Source: Felis catus (lineage: Eukaryota). Taken from it: 64,000 nucleotides of DNA. Both the position numbers and the translations under genes were made by a program. Positions 50,738-62,189 of the stretch are shown piece after piece. How positions within the stretch are numbered: the first letter of the stretch is position 1; every line of letters starts with the position of its first letter. The notes beneath the pieces were generated by a model, which was not told the origin of the DNA, ran no database searches, and worked only from the letters and a program-made list of their open reading frames with translations. The DNA lies in contig NC_058373.1 of assembly GCF_018350175.1 (NCBI RefSeq), positions 107,572,001 through 107,636,000 of the forward strand. The letters are read 5' to 3'.

Positions 50738-51507
50738 CTCAGACAGATATTGTTGATTGCTCATTTGGCATCCATGCCCCTATTTTTCTTTCTAGCTGAA
50801 AGAACCCCGGTTTTGTTCTGGCATCCAGCCTTAAGGAAGGTGACCCCGTAGCTGTGATGTATTCATAAATGCTTATCAACAGGCTCTTCAGGAAAAGAGC
50901 CCTGTATGTAGCATCTGCCAATTCCTATGGGATAAATATGCCCGTTGTGGCCAGCTTCAAGCTACCAACATGAGGTCACTGAATGGAGGGTGTTGGTAAG
51001 AGACATGCACTATCAGCTCCTGCAAACTGGCCTGAGCTGGCTCTCGTCCAGCACTACCTATTGCTGCTTAGAGATAATAGTCTAAGCCAATAATGGTGAT
51101 CCTCTCCCCATGTCAGCAATTGGCTTGTGAGCAACAAATATTATGGATGGGAATGGGCACTTTAAGAAAAGTTTTCTTTACTAATAAAGGAATGAATGAC
51201 TTCTCCCCTTCCACCGGACATGAATGGACTGCAGTAATTCACATTCCACTTTGATGTAGTACTGACAGCCATCTTGTGGTCGTGGAAGCAGCTGGTCTGT
51301 GGACAACTGAACACATCATGGATTGCAGAAGAGAGACAGGGGAAGGACTTGAGTCTTCAGTGATGTGATCAAGCTGAATTACCTGGGCCTGACAGCACTC
51401 TATATCAGAACTTCTAATTATGGGCATTCAGAAAACTTCCAGATTGTTTGAGTTGGTTGAGTTGGGGGGTTGCTGTTACTTGCAGCAGAAAGCTTCTCAA
51501 CTGATGT
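50738..51507 (+). mobile_element. MLT1J-like MaLR LTR, split by MER63A
   Basis: gatattgttgattgc..catccatgcccc..agaaccccggttttgttc ... cagccatcttgtgg..gagtcttcagtgatg..ctgttacttgcagcagaaagcttctcaactgat. Confidence 0.65.
50852..51058 (-). mobile_element. MER63A-like hAT-Blackjack MITE
   Basis: gtagcatctgccaattcctatgg..ggccagcttcaagctaccaacatgaggtcactgaa..agagacatgcactatcagctc matches the recalled MER63 consensus. Confidence 0.75.
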
Positions 51508-51522
51508 GTCTTCTCTCATAGG

Positions 51523-51818
51523 TGACTCAGAAATTAAGAAGAGTGGATACGTGAGTCATTACGCAGCCTTTAGCACCTCACCATGGGCGTAGGAATAGAG
51601 CTACAAATTAGCTTCTCATGGCTCACTATCTTTTCCCCTGCACTACCCTCCAAAGTCCATTTACCATGTGAAACATCACCAACTTTCTGTTTCGCATATC
51701 TTGCTCCAGCGTGGCTAGCACGAGTGATGTAGGGCATTATCAGGGCTTTGCAACAGCGTGTGTGGCTGAGGTTTAAATGAATTTCATCAGCATGATTAAA
51801 TACTTATTACATGAGTCA
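51523..51818. promoter_or_regulatory. Candidate AP-1 enhancer
   Basis: Perfect TGASTCA at 51523-51529, 51552-51558 and 51812-51818. Confidence 0.35.
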
Positions 51819-52403
51819 AACATACGGGCTTCATTAAGCTAGTGAACTCCCAGGAACCTCCTCTTCTGTTTATACAACCCATCTGGACTCTCAGATTACT
51901 TTAAAGAAATGGGATAAATGGAGTTCAGTATGACAGCCAGGTCGTCTTTCAGCATTATACTCTCAGAGGAAACTCATCTTCCATTGCTAACTCTGGCTTC
52001 CATACAATTGGGTGCAGAGGTTTTTTCCATCTGCTTCTGGCCTCTGTTAAAGCCTGACATGATGCTGAAATTGAGACTTTAAGTGTAACTTGCCAGGACA
52101 TGACAGACATACTTTTCTCATTGAAGCATGGAACATTGTCTAAAGTCATTTGCAAGCACAAACCTTGGGCCTTTTACAGGGAGGGTACACCTTGAAAGCA
52201 AAATAAAGGACAAGGTTTAATTAACTTACCGGGGCTCTGTTAGTCGTTATTAGAAGCTCTTTATCAAATTAAAGGCCTGCTGGGAAGGCAGCTGAGTGCC
52301 TAGAAGCAGTGACATGCGTTAAGTGCCAAAGTGGGTTTTAATTGGCTGTTTAAATGAGGAAAAGCTCCCTGCAGTGTGACAGACACATAGCCGGTATGTG
52401 CAA

Positions 52404-52405
<2 letters not shown>

Positions 52406-52440
<35 letters not shown>
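52406..52440. repeat. (CA)n microsatellite
   Basis: About 17 uninterrupted AC units. Confidence 0.97.
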
Positions 52441-52443
<3 letters not shown>

Positions 52444-52921
52444 GGAGCTCCAGGCAGTCTGGGAAATCACAAGAATCACATTTTTGGAAAGTTGACATCA
52501 TTAAAGCAGGACCACAAACCTACCAGGATGGGAACCCTAAAGCATGTGGTATTCCATGCTCAATAAATGCCAGTTATTATTTCTGATAATAATAAATAAC
52601 AGGATGGAGCAGTAAGTTGTTTGAATGCTGCCAAATTTATATTGTATGTAGTCCAGCTGCATTGCCAGAGTCCTCTTACTCTGGGATCAAGCTCAGGGTT
52701 TTGCTTTGTCTCTCATGTCTGTCAAGCCATTGACATAACATGGAAGCATGTTCGCTACCTTGCAGGAATGTTAGAAGAGATTTATGCAAAGCTCCTAGCA
52801 GTGCCAGGCACATACTGAGATCCCAATAAATGACAGTTATTTCAGGCAAAATGTTTTCTACTACAGTCTTTAAAAAGATTATTGGGGATTATTTATTCCT
52901 AATAGCCTTGATGAGAGGCCC

Positions 52922-53130
52922 TACAGCATGATGGCTAAGCACCCCATCTTTGGTGTCAGATTTATATGGTCTAGGTGCTAGTTCCACCACATTAGGGGTC
53001 CTCTCTGAGCCTCAGGCTCTTTTTCTATAAAATGGGATAAATCCTACTTCCTTCACAGAGTGGTAGGGAAATCATATGATCATGGTAGGAAAGAGCTTAG
53101 CACAATATGTGCCCATAGTAGATGTGACCT
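52922..53130 (+). mobile_element. MIR
   Basis: tacagcatgatggctaag..ctctctgagcctcagg..ctataaaatgggataa..agagcttagcacaat. Confidence 0.75.
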
Positions 53131-54954
53131 GCAGTATGTTTATTAGGGTCATGTTGGTGTTTCCCAATGAGAAATGGAGAGCCTTGATTACAGAGTGGTT
53201 GTGGGATAGTCCCCACGGATGCCTTGCCTTTTCACGGAGGCGGCTAACAAAAGTTCTTTGAGTTAAACCAGTGGTTGAGTTTCTAGGATGGAACCTTACT
53301 GAGGTGGCAGAGACAGGACTTTTAGGGGTTGGGGACACATTTAGGACACATGAGGAAGGGTAGACAAAGGAAGAAGTTTGTAGTCAGCCTCCTATTGGTG
53401 CTCAGGGCACTTCTTGACCCTCCCCCCCCTTGGAAACCTGGGGCTCCCCTGTAATCTGGGTATGTACACACTTGGACCCAGAACAACTCCATGGCTCACA
53501 GCTAGGACAAGAGGCTGGGGCCCCAGCTTCCAGTGTGTGGCTTGTTTTACTGAGAAAGTTTCTAGTTAGGGTGAGATTCTCAACTGGTGGGGAAAAATAT
53601 TGTTCCAAAATAACTATTTTTATTCCATATGCAGATTTCTTTTCTTTTTCTTTTGTAAGAATTTTATTGGTAGTCTGATCTTGCTATTTAACAGGCGCTT
53701 TCAAATGAAGTTCTTATAGGATCAAGATCTCCCATGTTCCTTTACAGTGTGATACGCAGTAGCCGCTGTCCCTTGGCTCCTCGCCAGTATCACAGTTTGG
53801 TGTAAAGTTTTGGGGAGGGAAGGAGAAGGGAAGGAATCACATGACTAGAGAGGGCTGGAGAGCTGGTACAGTGACCACCTTCTGAGGAAGTTAAAGGTGT
53901 TGAAGAGCCTCAGCCTACAGCTGTTGATGAGGAACTTAAAAAATACAGGACTTTGGGGCCCTGGAGCCATTTTGAATTGGGGGATGTTTTCATAAAGCCT
54001 GCAAAAACAAACATTCCCGGTTGAAAGCATGTGCTACGTGCATTTAAACACACACCCTCTGTTCCAATAACACCGCAATTCCGAGCTATCCCTGATGCAT
54101 CAGCAAGGAAGAGAACAAACTCCTTCCTTTCTCAACATCCTTGCTGGGGCTTGGAGAGACAGCTCTCACTCAATTTTCCAGGCCAGCAAGGCTTTGAACA
54201 TGAAACAGAAACATCCCAGGGCTTTTACAAATGAGCCACAGCAGGCTGGACGTCAGGGTATGGATTCATGGGCTGCTGGGGGGTTAATATCTCTTGCAAT
54301 TACAAATCAGAAAAAAGCCTGCATTCTTCTTCATTTCGCCTGTTTCACACATCCTTGGCAGCTGGGTTTCCCAATGCTTCATTTAGGCCAATGCCCGTGA
54401 AGGAATGGATCAGCAGGCGCAGGCCATCAGGCGGCCATTTTAAGCCCTTGGCCTGGGTCCTTACTCCCTGCGCTCGGGTGAGACAGACAGGCCTTTGTGT
54501 GCCTGGAGACGGCTAAGCCAGGATGTGACTGCGAGCTGGAATCTGACCTTTCATGGGCTCCAGCACCTGTCAGAAAAAACGAACAAGCTTGGGGTGTTTT
54601 TTCCGCTCCGGACTTAAATGCCAGTTCTGTGACTCCCTCACAGTGGAACTGTGCCAAAGCAGTTGTGGTCAACTCCAGCTCTCCGAGGAGCAAACCTGAG
54701 ACATGAGTGATGGACGGCTCTGCGTTGCTGAGGGCTGGCCAGCTCTCAGCTCAGAATGAATTCAAGCCAAGCAGAGGACTCCAGTGCTCTGAGTTAGGAA
54801 ACTGAGAGCAGAACAGAACAGCCATATTACTCTGGCACCCTGGAGAGAAAGAGACAGGGGCGGGGGGGGGGGGCAGTGTGGGGAGAGAGGCAATCAGGGG
54901 ACAGTTTTGGCACACCCCCTTCTGCCCTTTTCTAGTGGTCTGAGTGTGAATATA

Positions 54955-55125
54955 TTGGTCAGACTTGGGTTGGACTCTGCAGGAACTTGGGCAAATGATC
55001 GATTTAACCTCCCTGAACCTCAGCTTCCTCGGCTGTTAAACAAGGAGGAAAATGCCTAATTCCAAAGATCTGCTATGGATTAAATGAGATAATATACCCA
55101 AATCACCAAGCACCTTGCCTAAGCA
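54955..55125 (+). mobile_element. MIR
   Basis: gtcagacttgggtt..cttgggcaaat..tttaacctccctgaacctcagcttcctc..ggattaaatgagataatat. Confidence 0.75.
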
Positions 55126-55823
55126 GCTTGGTCGGAGGCACCCTAGTCAATGGTCAACTTTTCCTTCCCTACTGCAACACATACTTGGGTGCTGGGCACC
55201 TCTGATATTTGATTTCCCCATGGACACATCCTACCCTGATCATGCAAGAGGGACTGGCCTAGCCTATCAGTAACTTCAGGTGTGGGAGCAGACAATTTTC
55301 CTCCTAAATGTGGCTTTAGAGGATTATGTTCAAGGTTCCTTGGTGACCTGGTCTTCTGTTGGAGGTGGCCACAGTTTCCAGAAGAGCCTGGAAAACTTGG
55401 CATGGCCAAGTGGTTGGTGCATTTTCCTGAACTCCAAGTAGCTTTGGAACCCTACAAATGAAGGAAGGTTAAAGTACATCAATACTCCAGCCCAAGGAGC
55501 TTGTCCCCTTGAGGTGAATATGGCCACTGTGCCTATATTTTTGGCTCTGGGGAATCCTATATCTGCAGAGGTATCAGGCTATAGGCCCCTTCATTTTACG
55601 GACTAGTGGTCCAACAGTAATAAGTAACAGCACAGGTAGAAGACAATGTCTACAGTTATAGAGATGCATCACCCAGAGCTTGAGACATGCAGATATCAAT
55701 GGAAAAAATCCAAAGTCTCATCATCATTCTCCAAACTATTAATATGTTAAAAATAAATGAACTTTGTCATACAAAATCTATTTTTGAGTAACATGGGTCA
55801 TAGATGAACAAAATTATATTTTA

Positions 55824-56031
55824 TTTATTTTCTTAATGTTTATTTATTTTTGAGAGACACAGTGTGAGAGGCAGAGGGGCAGAGAGAGAGAGGGAGACAC
55901 AGAATCCGAAGCAGGCTCCAGGCTCCAAGCTGTCAGCACAGAGCCTGATGCGGGGCTTGAACCCACAGACTGCAAGATCATGACCTGAACCAAAGTCGGA
56001 CACTTAACCGACAGAGACACCCAGGCACCCC
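55824..56031 (-). mobile_element. Can-SINE (SINEC_Fc2-like)
   Basis: Full SINE body. TSD aaaattatatttta at 55810-55823 and 56033-56046. Confidence 0.95.
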
Positions 56032-56554
56032 AAAAATTATATTTTAGAAATGAAGTTCCTGAGTCTTTGTTTACCACATCTCATGAAAATAACTGGGTAG
56101 ATATTTGCCAAATTTGGAGAGCCTGTTAGGATGGTATGAAGATGTAGGCTCTGCCCTGGGGGGTGGGGGGGTCTTGAAAAGATAAGCCATCGTTCTTCAG
56201 ATGGAATGAAACTGAAATTTGGCCACAGGTAGCCATGACTGGCAGCTGGGGAAGACTGGCCCCAGAACTAAGATACTAGACCAAGAAAACAAGTAGCTGC
56301 ATATAAGCCCTAAGTTGGAATGTGGCTGTTGCTTTGCAAGAAGCTTCTTTTCATGTGGGCAACTCTATGTAGTCAGGTCCATGAGTAGAATATGTATTTA
56401 TTCCCCCAAAGAACAGAGGGTAGGTCAATTAGAAACACACAAATAGGTATGGAGTCCATTACTTTTATACAATTTAATTTAAAGAAAATAGTTACTTGTC
56501 TGGTCTGTATGTTTCGAAGCCTTTTTGCTCCTAATCTTTGAAACACACAGTTTG

Positions 56555-56780
56555 CAGTGTGGGAGACACTTTGCTTTAAATGTATCACATTTAATCCTCC
56601 CAGGGATTCCCCTATGAAGAAGCTTCTGCAGTCCCCATTTCATAGATGAAGGCAGAGGCTTAGTTAGGGCAGTTGAGTAGCTTGCCCAGCATCACATACC
56701 TAGTAAATGGTAAAGCTGTGACCCAAACGCAGGCCTATTTATTCCAGGGCCCAAACTCTTTAACAAAATGCTATGTTGCC
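56555..56780 (-). mobile_element. MIR
   Basis: catttaatcctc..ccccatttcatagatgaaggcagaggcttag..cttgcccagcatcacatacctagtaaatgg. Confidence 0.8.
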
Positions 56781-57927
56781 TCTTCGTATGGTTTCTTGAA
56801 ATGCCATTCCTTTACTACAAAGATATTCAGATAGTCATAATTTGATTTGTTGTCTTAAAGGGTTACTGTAATCAATCAAATTGCATGCTGACAATATATT
56901 CCTCTATACTTTCAAAAATGTCTGAGTTTTAAAAATTCAAATGAAATTTAAGAAATGCTCGAAATTAGATTTTCATTGGTAAGCATGTTATCTGATCATG
57001 TTGTTATTTGATGTTTGATAAATATTCACTGCTACTGTTTGGTACTCAGTTGAACAGTTAAAAGGTGGCTTGTTTTAGTCTTAATCTGAAAGACATTAAG
57101 AAGGGTCAGCCAAACCCGGGCAGGCTTTGCTAAAGGTTTTTTGCATTGGTCACAGTTTTGACGTATAGATCACCAATTAGTTGCAGATGTCGACAGTAAT
57201 ATGAAGTGTAGGAAGGGTCAGGAGAACACTTCGTTCCCATTTGAGAGGAATTTAGAACTTGAAAAAATACTCCGTTAATTCTGAGCTGCCAACATATACA
57301 CATTCATGCGTGTGTGTAACTCCCTGGAAAAACAATCAGATTTTTGGAAGCTGTAGGCTATAATTCTATAGACTTTGTAATTCAATTCATAAATACTTGG
57401 GTTTTTAAAACATAATCATAACAACAAGAAGAAAAACAAGAATTGTTTTCATATTTCTCTCTATAACTCAATGCATACTTGATTTTTACTAATTCTAATG
57501 GTTACTCATAAAAATAATAATGGTAATGAGAAGCACAGCTATGTTCATGGCCAAGTGCTGAGTGCTCTATTTGTCTGTTATTCCATCAACCCTCACACTT
57601 ACTCTCTGAGTTAGGTCGTACCATTGGCTCCACTCAGAGCTAAGGAAAATGAAAGGTCATGGAGGTCCTTGGAACTAGCCATAGCCTGGGTGCCTCACCC
57701 CTGTGTGCTCCTGCCTTCCCCATTGGGCCATTCGTGGTGTGAGCCATCTTGCTCATCTCTCTGGAGGATCCATGTTGGGAAAGATGGTATCAACTTTCTA
57801 GGAGCTAATGGACTTAGGAAGGGCTGAGATGCAGACATCAGTATTTATAGAAGGAAAGATGTGGAGGAGTCCAAGTTCTTGGTGAAAGAGCAGGCAGGAG
57901 AGATTCCTTCTGTAGCTCCTTGATCTC

Positions 57928-58143
57928 CATGGGTCAGCCAGCGATGGCCCATAGGCTCCATCTGGGGCCAAGGCCTGTGTCTCTATAGCCCTGGAGCTAA
58001 GGATGGTTTTTATATTTTCAAAAGGTTGAAGGAGGATGAAGAGACTGTAGGAGGAGAAGGAGAAAATAGGTGACAGATCACGTGTGGGCCATAAATATTA
58101 AAATACTAACTGGTCCTTTACAGAAAAGCTTTGTTAACACCTG
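57928..58143. mobile_element. MER58C-like hAT MITE
   Basis: catgggtcagcca..gagctaaggatggtttttatattttcaaaaggttg..ctggtcctttacagaaaagctttgttaacacctg. Confidence 0.7.
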
Positions 58144-58150
58144 GTCTAGA

Positions 58151-58460
58151 CCACTACTAATAGAAATATAATTCAGTTACATATGTAATTTAACATTTTC
58201 TAGTAGCCACATTAATAAAGTAAAAATAAATAAGATTAATTTTAATAATGTATTTTACTTAACCCAGTATATCCAAAAATATTGCTTCAACATGTAACCA
58301 ATATAAAAATTATGAATGAAACATTTAACATTCTAATTTTCATGGTAAGTCTCTGAAATCTGATGACTATTTGACACAGCACATCTCAATTTGTGCTAGT
58401 CACATTTCCAGGCTTCACTAGCCACCTACGATAAGTGGCTAACTTTGTTGGATAATGCAG
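58151..58460. mobile_element. MER33-like hAT MITE
   Basis: aatagaaatataatt..ttttctagtagccacatt..aacccagtatatccaaaa..cagcacatctcaatttg..tagccac..agtggcta..ttggataatgcag. Confidence 0.8.
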
Positions 58461-58527
58461 TTCTAGGTGATGAATGAATGGACAGGATTCTGATGTGGAG
58501 AGGAGGACACCCTGGCATGGTGTCAAC

Positions 58528-58744
58528 CAACTTTCCTCAACCTCGGCACTGTTGTCATTTGAGGCTGGATAACTCTTTGCTGTGGGAGGCTGTCTGTGCA
58601 TTATGGGATGTTTGGCAATATCTCTGGAATCTAGCCACTCGATACCAGGAGCAGGTCCCCTTTCTGGTTATGACAATCAAGAATGTCTCTAGATATTGCC
58701 AAATGTCCCCTAGGTAGCAAACTGCCCTGGGTTGAAAACCATTG
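58528..58744 (+). mobile_element. MER20 hAT MITE
   Basis: ctcaacctcggcactgttgtcatttgaggctggataactctttgctgtggg..tgacaatcaagaatgtctctagatattgccaaatgtcccc..ggttgaaaaccattg. Confidence 0.85.
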
Positions 58745-59629
58745 GTCTAAAGCGTGAGAAACCTGTGTGTGGGAGCTCACCTGGAATTACCCAGAAAATG
58801 TTCTCTGAGTCAATCATTTTGATGGAAGAAGGACAATTGACGGAGAGTCATGAGAATTTTGTTAGAAAAAGCTGAGGGCAAAGCTCAGGAGAAAGCATTT
58901 GAAAGTTATTTTCTCAGCAATGATAGCCATCAAAGAGCTCTGGGCAGGGGAATGAAATTAGCAAAGTTACAAATTAAAAACATTTTTTCTTCCATCTTTG
59001 AATAGCTAGATTCTTTCTCTTTTTTACTGGCACAGATAGATTTTTTTCCCCCCTCAAAGGAACACATCATTTAAAGAGCCAATGCCCCCACCCTGGGTCT
59101 GGTGGGTGGTTTTTATTAAATTCCAGTAGAGGGATGGGTTTCCAAAGCAATCATCCAGCCCGTTGGTGAGCAGGCTCCCTGCCACTCAGCTGACATTCCG
59201 CCCTGCAGGAGCTGAAGAGAGAGGAAAATCAACAGTGAGAAGGCAAAGGGACTGTAGCTTATGCTGTTGGAATTTCTAGTGGGGCCACTTGGTGTTGCAG
59301 GTGGGGCCAGATGGAGCAGGGCAAAGGGGTGGAGGCAGTCTGATAACAGCCTCTGTATCTTACAGTTGCTAAATTATTTTATATGCTCAGCTCCTGACAT
59401 CCAATCACTAGAGTTTTCTAATTCCCCTTTGAAAAACAGTATTAAGAACAATAGGAATATGTTGATTGTGTCTTTATAGTTGATTATAAAGTCTTTATAG
59501 TTGATTGTGTGTTTGTGTGCACAGTTTATTTAACAGTCAGGCATTAAGATATAATGTTGAAGTAGGGGTATACACTGTGGATGTGTATTTGGGGACTTGT
59601 TCTTTCTCTGGGCGGACATGGGCTTTTCT

Positions 59630-60115
59630 CCAGCTCTGCTGGATATTCTGTTTGCCCCTTGGATCCACTCTCCCCCCCATTACCCTGCCGCCCTGCTCTG
59701 TGCCCTAGGAGGCTGGCCTGTAAGGATTGCACCAGCTGGGCTCCTTTGCCCTCATTTCCTGCTGGGTTCAGCCAAAGGGAGGCACAGCAGGAGATCACAG
59801 GGTGGGGGAGGGGGAGGCTGGGGTATTTGCTTCGCCATCCCTCCCTGCGGGGCTGCGGGTTGGCAGCCGCTGTAAGCCTCTACTGATGACCACAGCTCCT
59901 ACAATGGCAGGTCTCACCAGATTCCAGGAACTGCTTTTTATCTCTTTGTCCTTTCAGTCCTGAGGATGGGAAGGCACAGGGCTACCGCGAGCCCTGGGGT
60001 GCTCCATCATCCCTTGTAGGTTTGACATGCACCCCTGCAAATTATCCATTTATAAACTCTCTCCAGTCATCTATTCTGAGTGTGTGATATGCTTCCTGCA
60101 GGGACCCTGACTGCC
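59630..60115 (+). mobile_element. LTR33 ERVL solo LTR
   Basis: gatattctgtttgccccttggatccactctcc..ccctgctctgtgccctaggaggctg..ggcacagcaggagatc..tttataaactctctc..gcttcctgcagggaccctgactg. Confidence 0.8.
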
Positions 60116-61067
60116 ATTCGAGCTCACTTTAGCTTCTGCTGAGGAGAGTCCACATCTTTCCTGAACATCCCAACATCCAATCAGGAAAATTCAAGCAAGG
60201 CTAGGGTTATTAGCTTGGGCTTTGAAGTCACCGTGTTGACCCCATTTTATCCCTAGAGAAGCTAGGCATGGAGTCCCTGTGGCTTTTCCTGGGTTACCAA
60301 GTATCTCGGTACAGAAGAACTTTCATCGTAAGCTCAAAACCTACACACCCGATTCTCTTCCAGGGAGGAATGTCTGTAATGCTTAATTCAGTGGTTTTCT
60401 TTCTGGAATTTCTAACAATAATAGTGGAAAAGGAACTTGGGGGAAAGTGTCAAAGAAAATCACGTTGGTGTTTCCTTTCCTTACGTGTAGGTTGTTCGAA
60501 GGAATCCAAACCCCAGCTTGAGCCACGGTGTCTGAAACAGACATGTCAGCTGTCAGCAGGCTGGCCCTGTAATTGGTCATCAGTAGAGGGGGATAAGTGT
60601 GCTGTCCTCTCTCTGCTCCCAGCCTGGTTCCGCCTGCGGGACGAGGCCTGAAAGTCGTACCACCTGCGCTTCCTCATGGATTCTACTTAACTACAAAAAG
60701 AACAAGCCTTGCTCTGGGTTTTGTCTGAGCTAGTTTAACTCAAGGAAATGATCAATGTTGACTAGTTGAACAAGGCTTGGTCTTTATTAAGATGGTTTCC
60801 AGCTATTAGTGAGTACACTTTAGGCTCTTGACAGCATATAGGTTATTAAGAACCAGTAACAGCAGAGATATTAATGGTAGGGGCAGTACCTAAAGACTAT
60901 AGTGAAAGGGAAGACAGGGATTTCAGGCCATGCTAGGTAGAGGACAATGAACTACCTATATATTCAGCCGCTTTAAGCATGCAGGGGTGGGGTATACATA
61001 CAAGCAAGATCTCAGGGCTCCCATCTTGCCTCACTGGGTTACTTGTGGCCAATTCCTTCCGTAATTT

Positions 61068-61202
61068 TGTTTTCTTTTTCTCTTTTTCTTCTTTTTATAA
61101 ATGTAGTTTATTGTCACATCGGCTAACATACAGTGTATACAATGTGCTCTTGGTTTTGGGGGTAGATTCCCGTGGTTCATCGCTTCCATACAACACCCAG
61201 TG
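61068..61202 (-). mobile_element. Severely truncated felid L1 3' end
   Basis: T-rich tail, tttattgtcaca..cttccatacaacacccagtg. TSD caattccttccgtaattt (61050-61067) / caattccttcaataattt (61203-61220). Confidence 0.85.
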
Positions 61203-62189
61203 CAATTCCTTCAATAATTTAATCTCAGTTTCCCAGGAAAGGAGATGCAAGGGCCTTCAACACTATTAAGTTGAATACCTCTCAGCCCTGACTCCATATT
61301 GAAGTCACCCGGGCTGCTTTTAAAACTGGTCTATGAGTTCTGCTCTGACCAATTAGATTAGAGTTGCTGGGGCCTAGGTCCTGGTATTGTTGTACACTGT
61401 TCTGTTAACAAATACAGTATTGCACTCAAACCAGATGAGAGAGAGATAGGAAGAGAGATTGGAGAAGGGGGCAGGGAGTCGGGGGGAGGAGGGAGAAAGA
61501 GATAGGGGAAGGAGAAAGGGGGGAGGGTACTGGGTTTTGATGTAAAAATGTGTTTTCTACTATGGGTCATGATGAAAAATTTTGAGGACAACTGTATTTT
61601 ATGCATAGTGGGCACTTGATAAATAAATGTTTAATGACAGGGAAGAAAGAAAAATGTGGCATAAGAGAAGAGAAAAAGGAAGGAAGGAAGAATGACAAAA
61701 GGATATTAGGGTAGTTTTCTGTCCTAATGTTTATGAAAATCCTGGGCACAGGAATGATTTACATGAATCTGCAAAAAGCTTCAAAGAAACTCAGGAAGAC
61801 AGAGGAGAGAAAAAGGGAGTAACCAAAAAGTTCATGAACCAAAACCTCAAAAATCAGTCTTGACATTTCATCATCTCACATTTGACTCATTCTGGCTTGG
61901 GAGTCTTAATATAGGAGTTTTCAATGAATTTTAATTTCCTGTTGGTTTGAGTAGATTCAAAACTGTGATATTCGAAAATATTTTCAGGCAATCTAGTGCT
62001 TTTTTGCCAACTGGATTTCTCCTTGGCCAGGCTCTGATCTGAAGGTGATCAGGATTGCTTTATAACCCTAGTCTGAGATAACTAGGGCAACCCTGATCTC
62101 AATACATTCTTCAGGGTGAAAGAGAAAAAAAATCTCCAGGGCTTTTTTAATAGACTATTCCATGAGTGCAGTATGTTGGTCCACAGCAG

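Noticed and set aside
50882..50901. ggctctt..aagagcc stem resembling a histone stem-loop
   Set aside because: It is part of the MER63A-like element, has the wrong loop size, and there is no histone ORF.
61435..61530. Purine-rich tract as a triplex (H-DNA) element
   Set aside because: It is interrupted and lacks clear mirror symmetry; ordinary low-complexity sequence.
879..61749. The short six-frame ORFs as protein-coding genes
   Set aside because: All are 60-170 aa, many start at non-ATG codons, overlap on both strands and show no recognisable domain except L1 ORF2 remnants. No consistent exon chain was seen. Small exons of a spliced gene cannot be fully excluded by eye.
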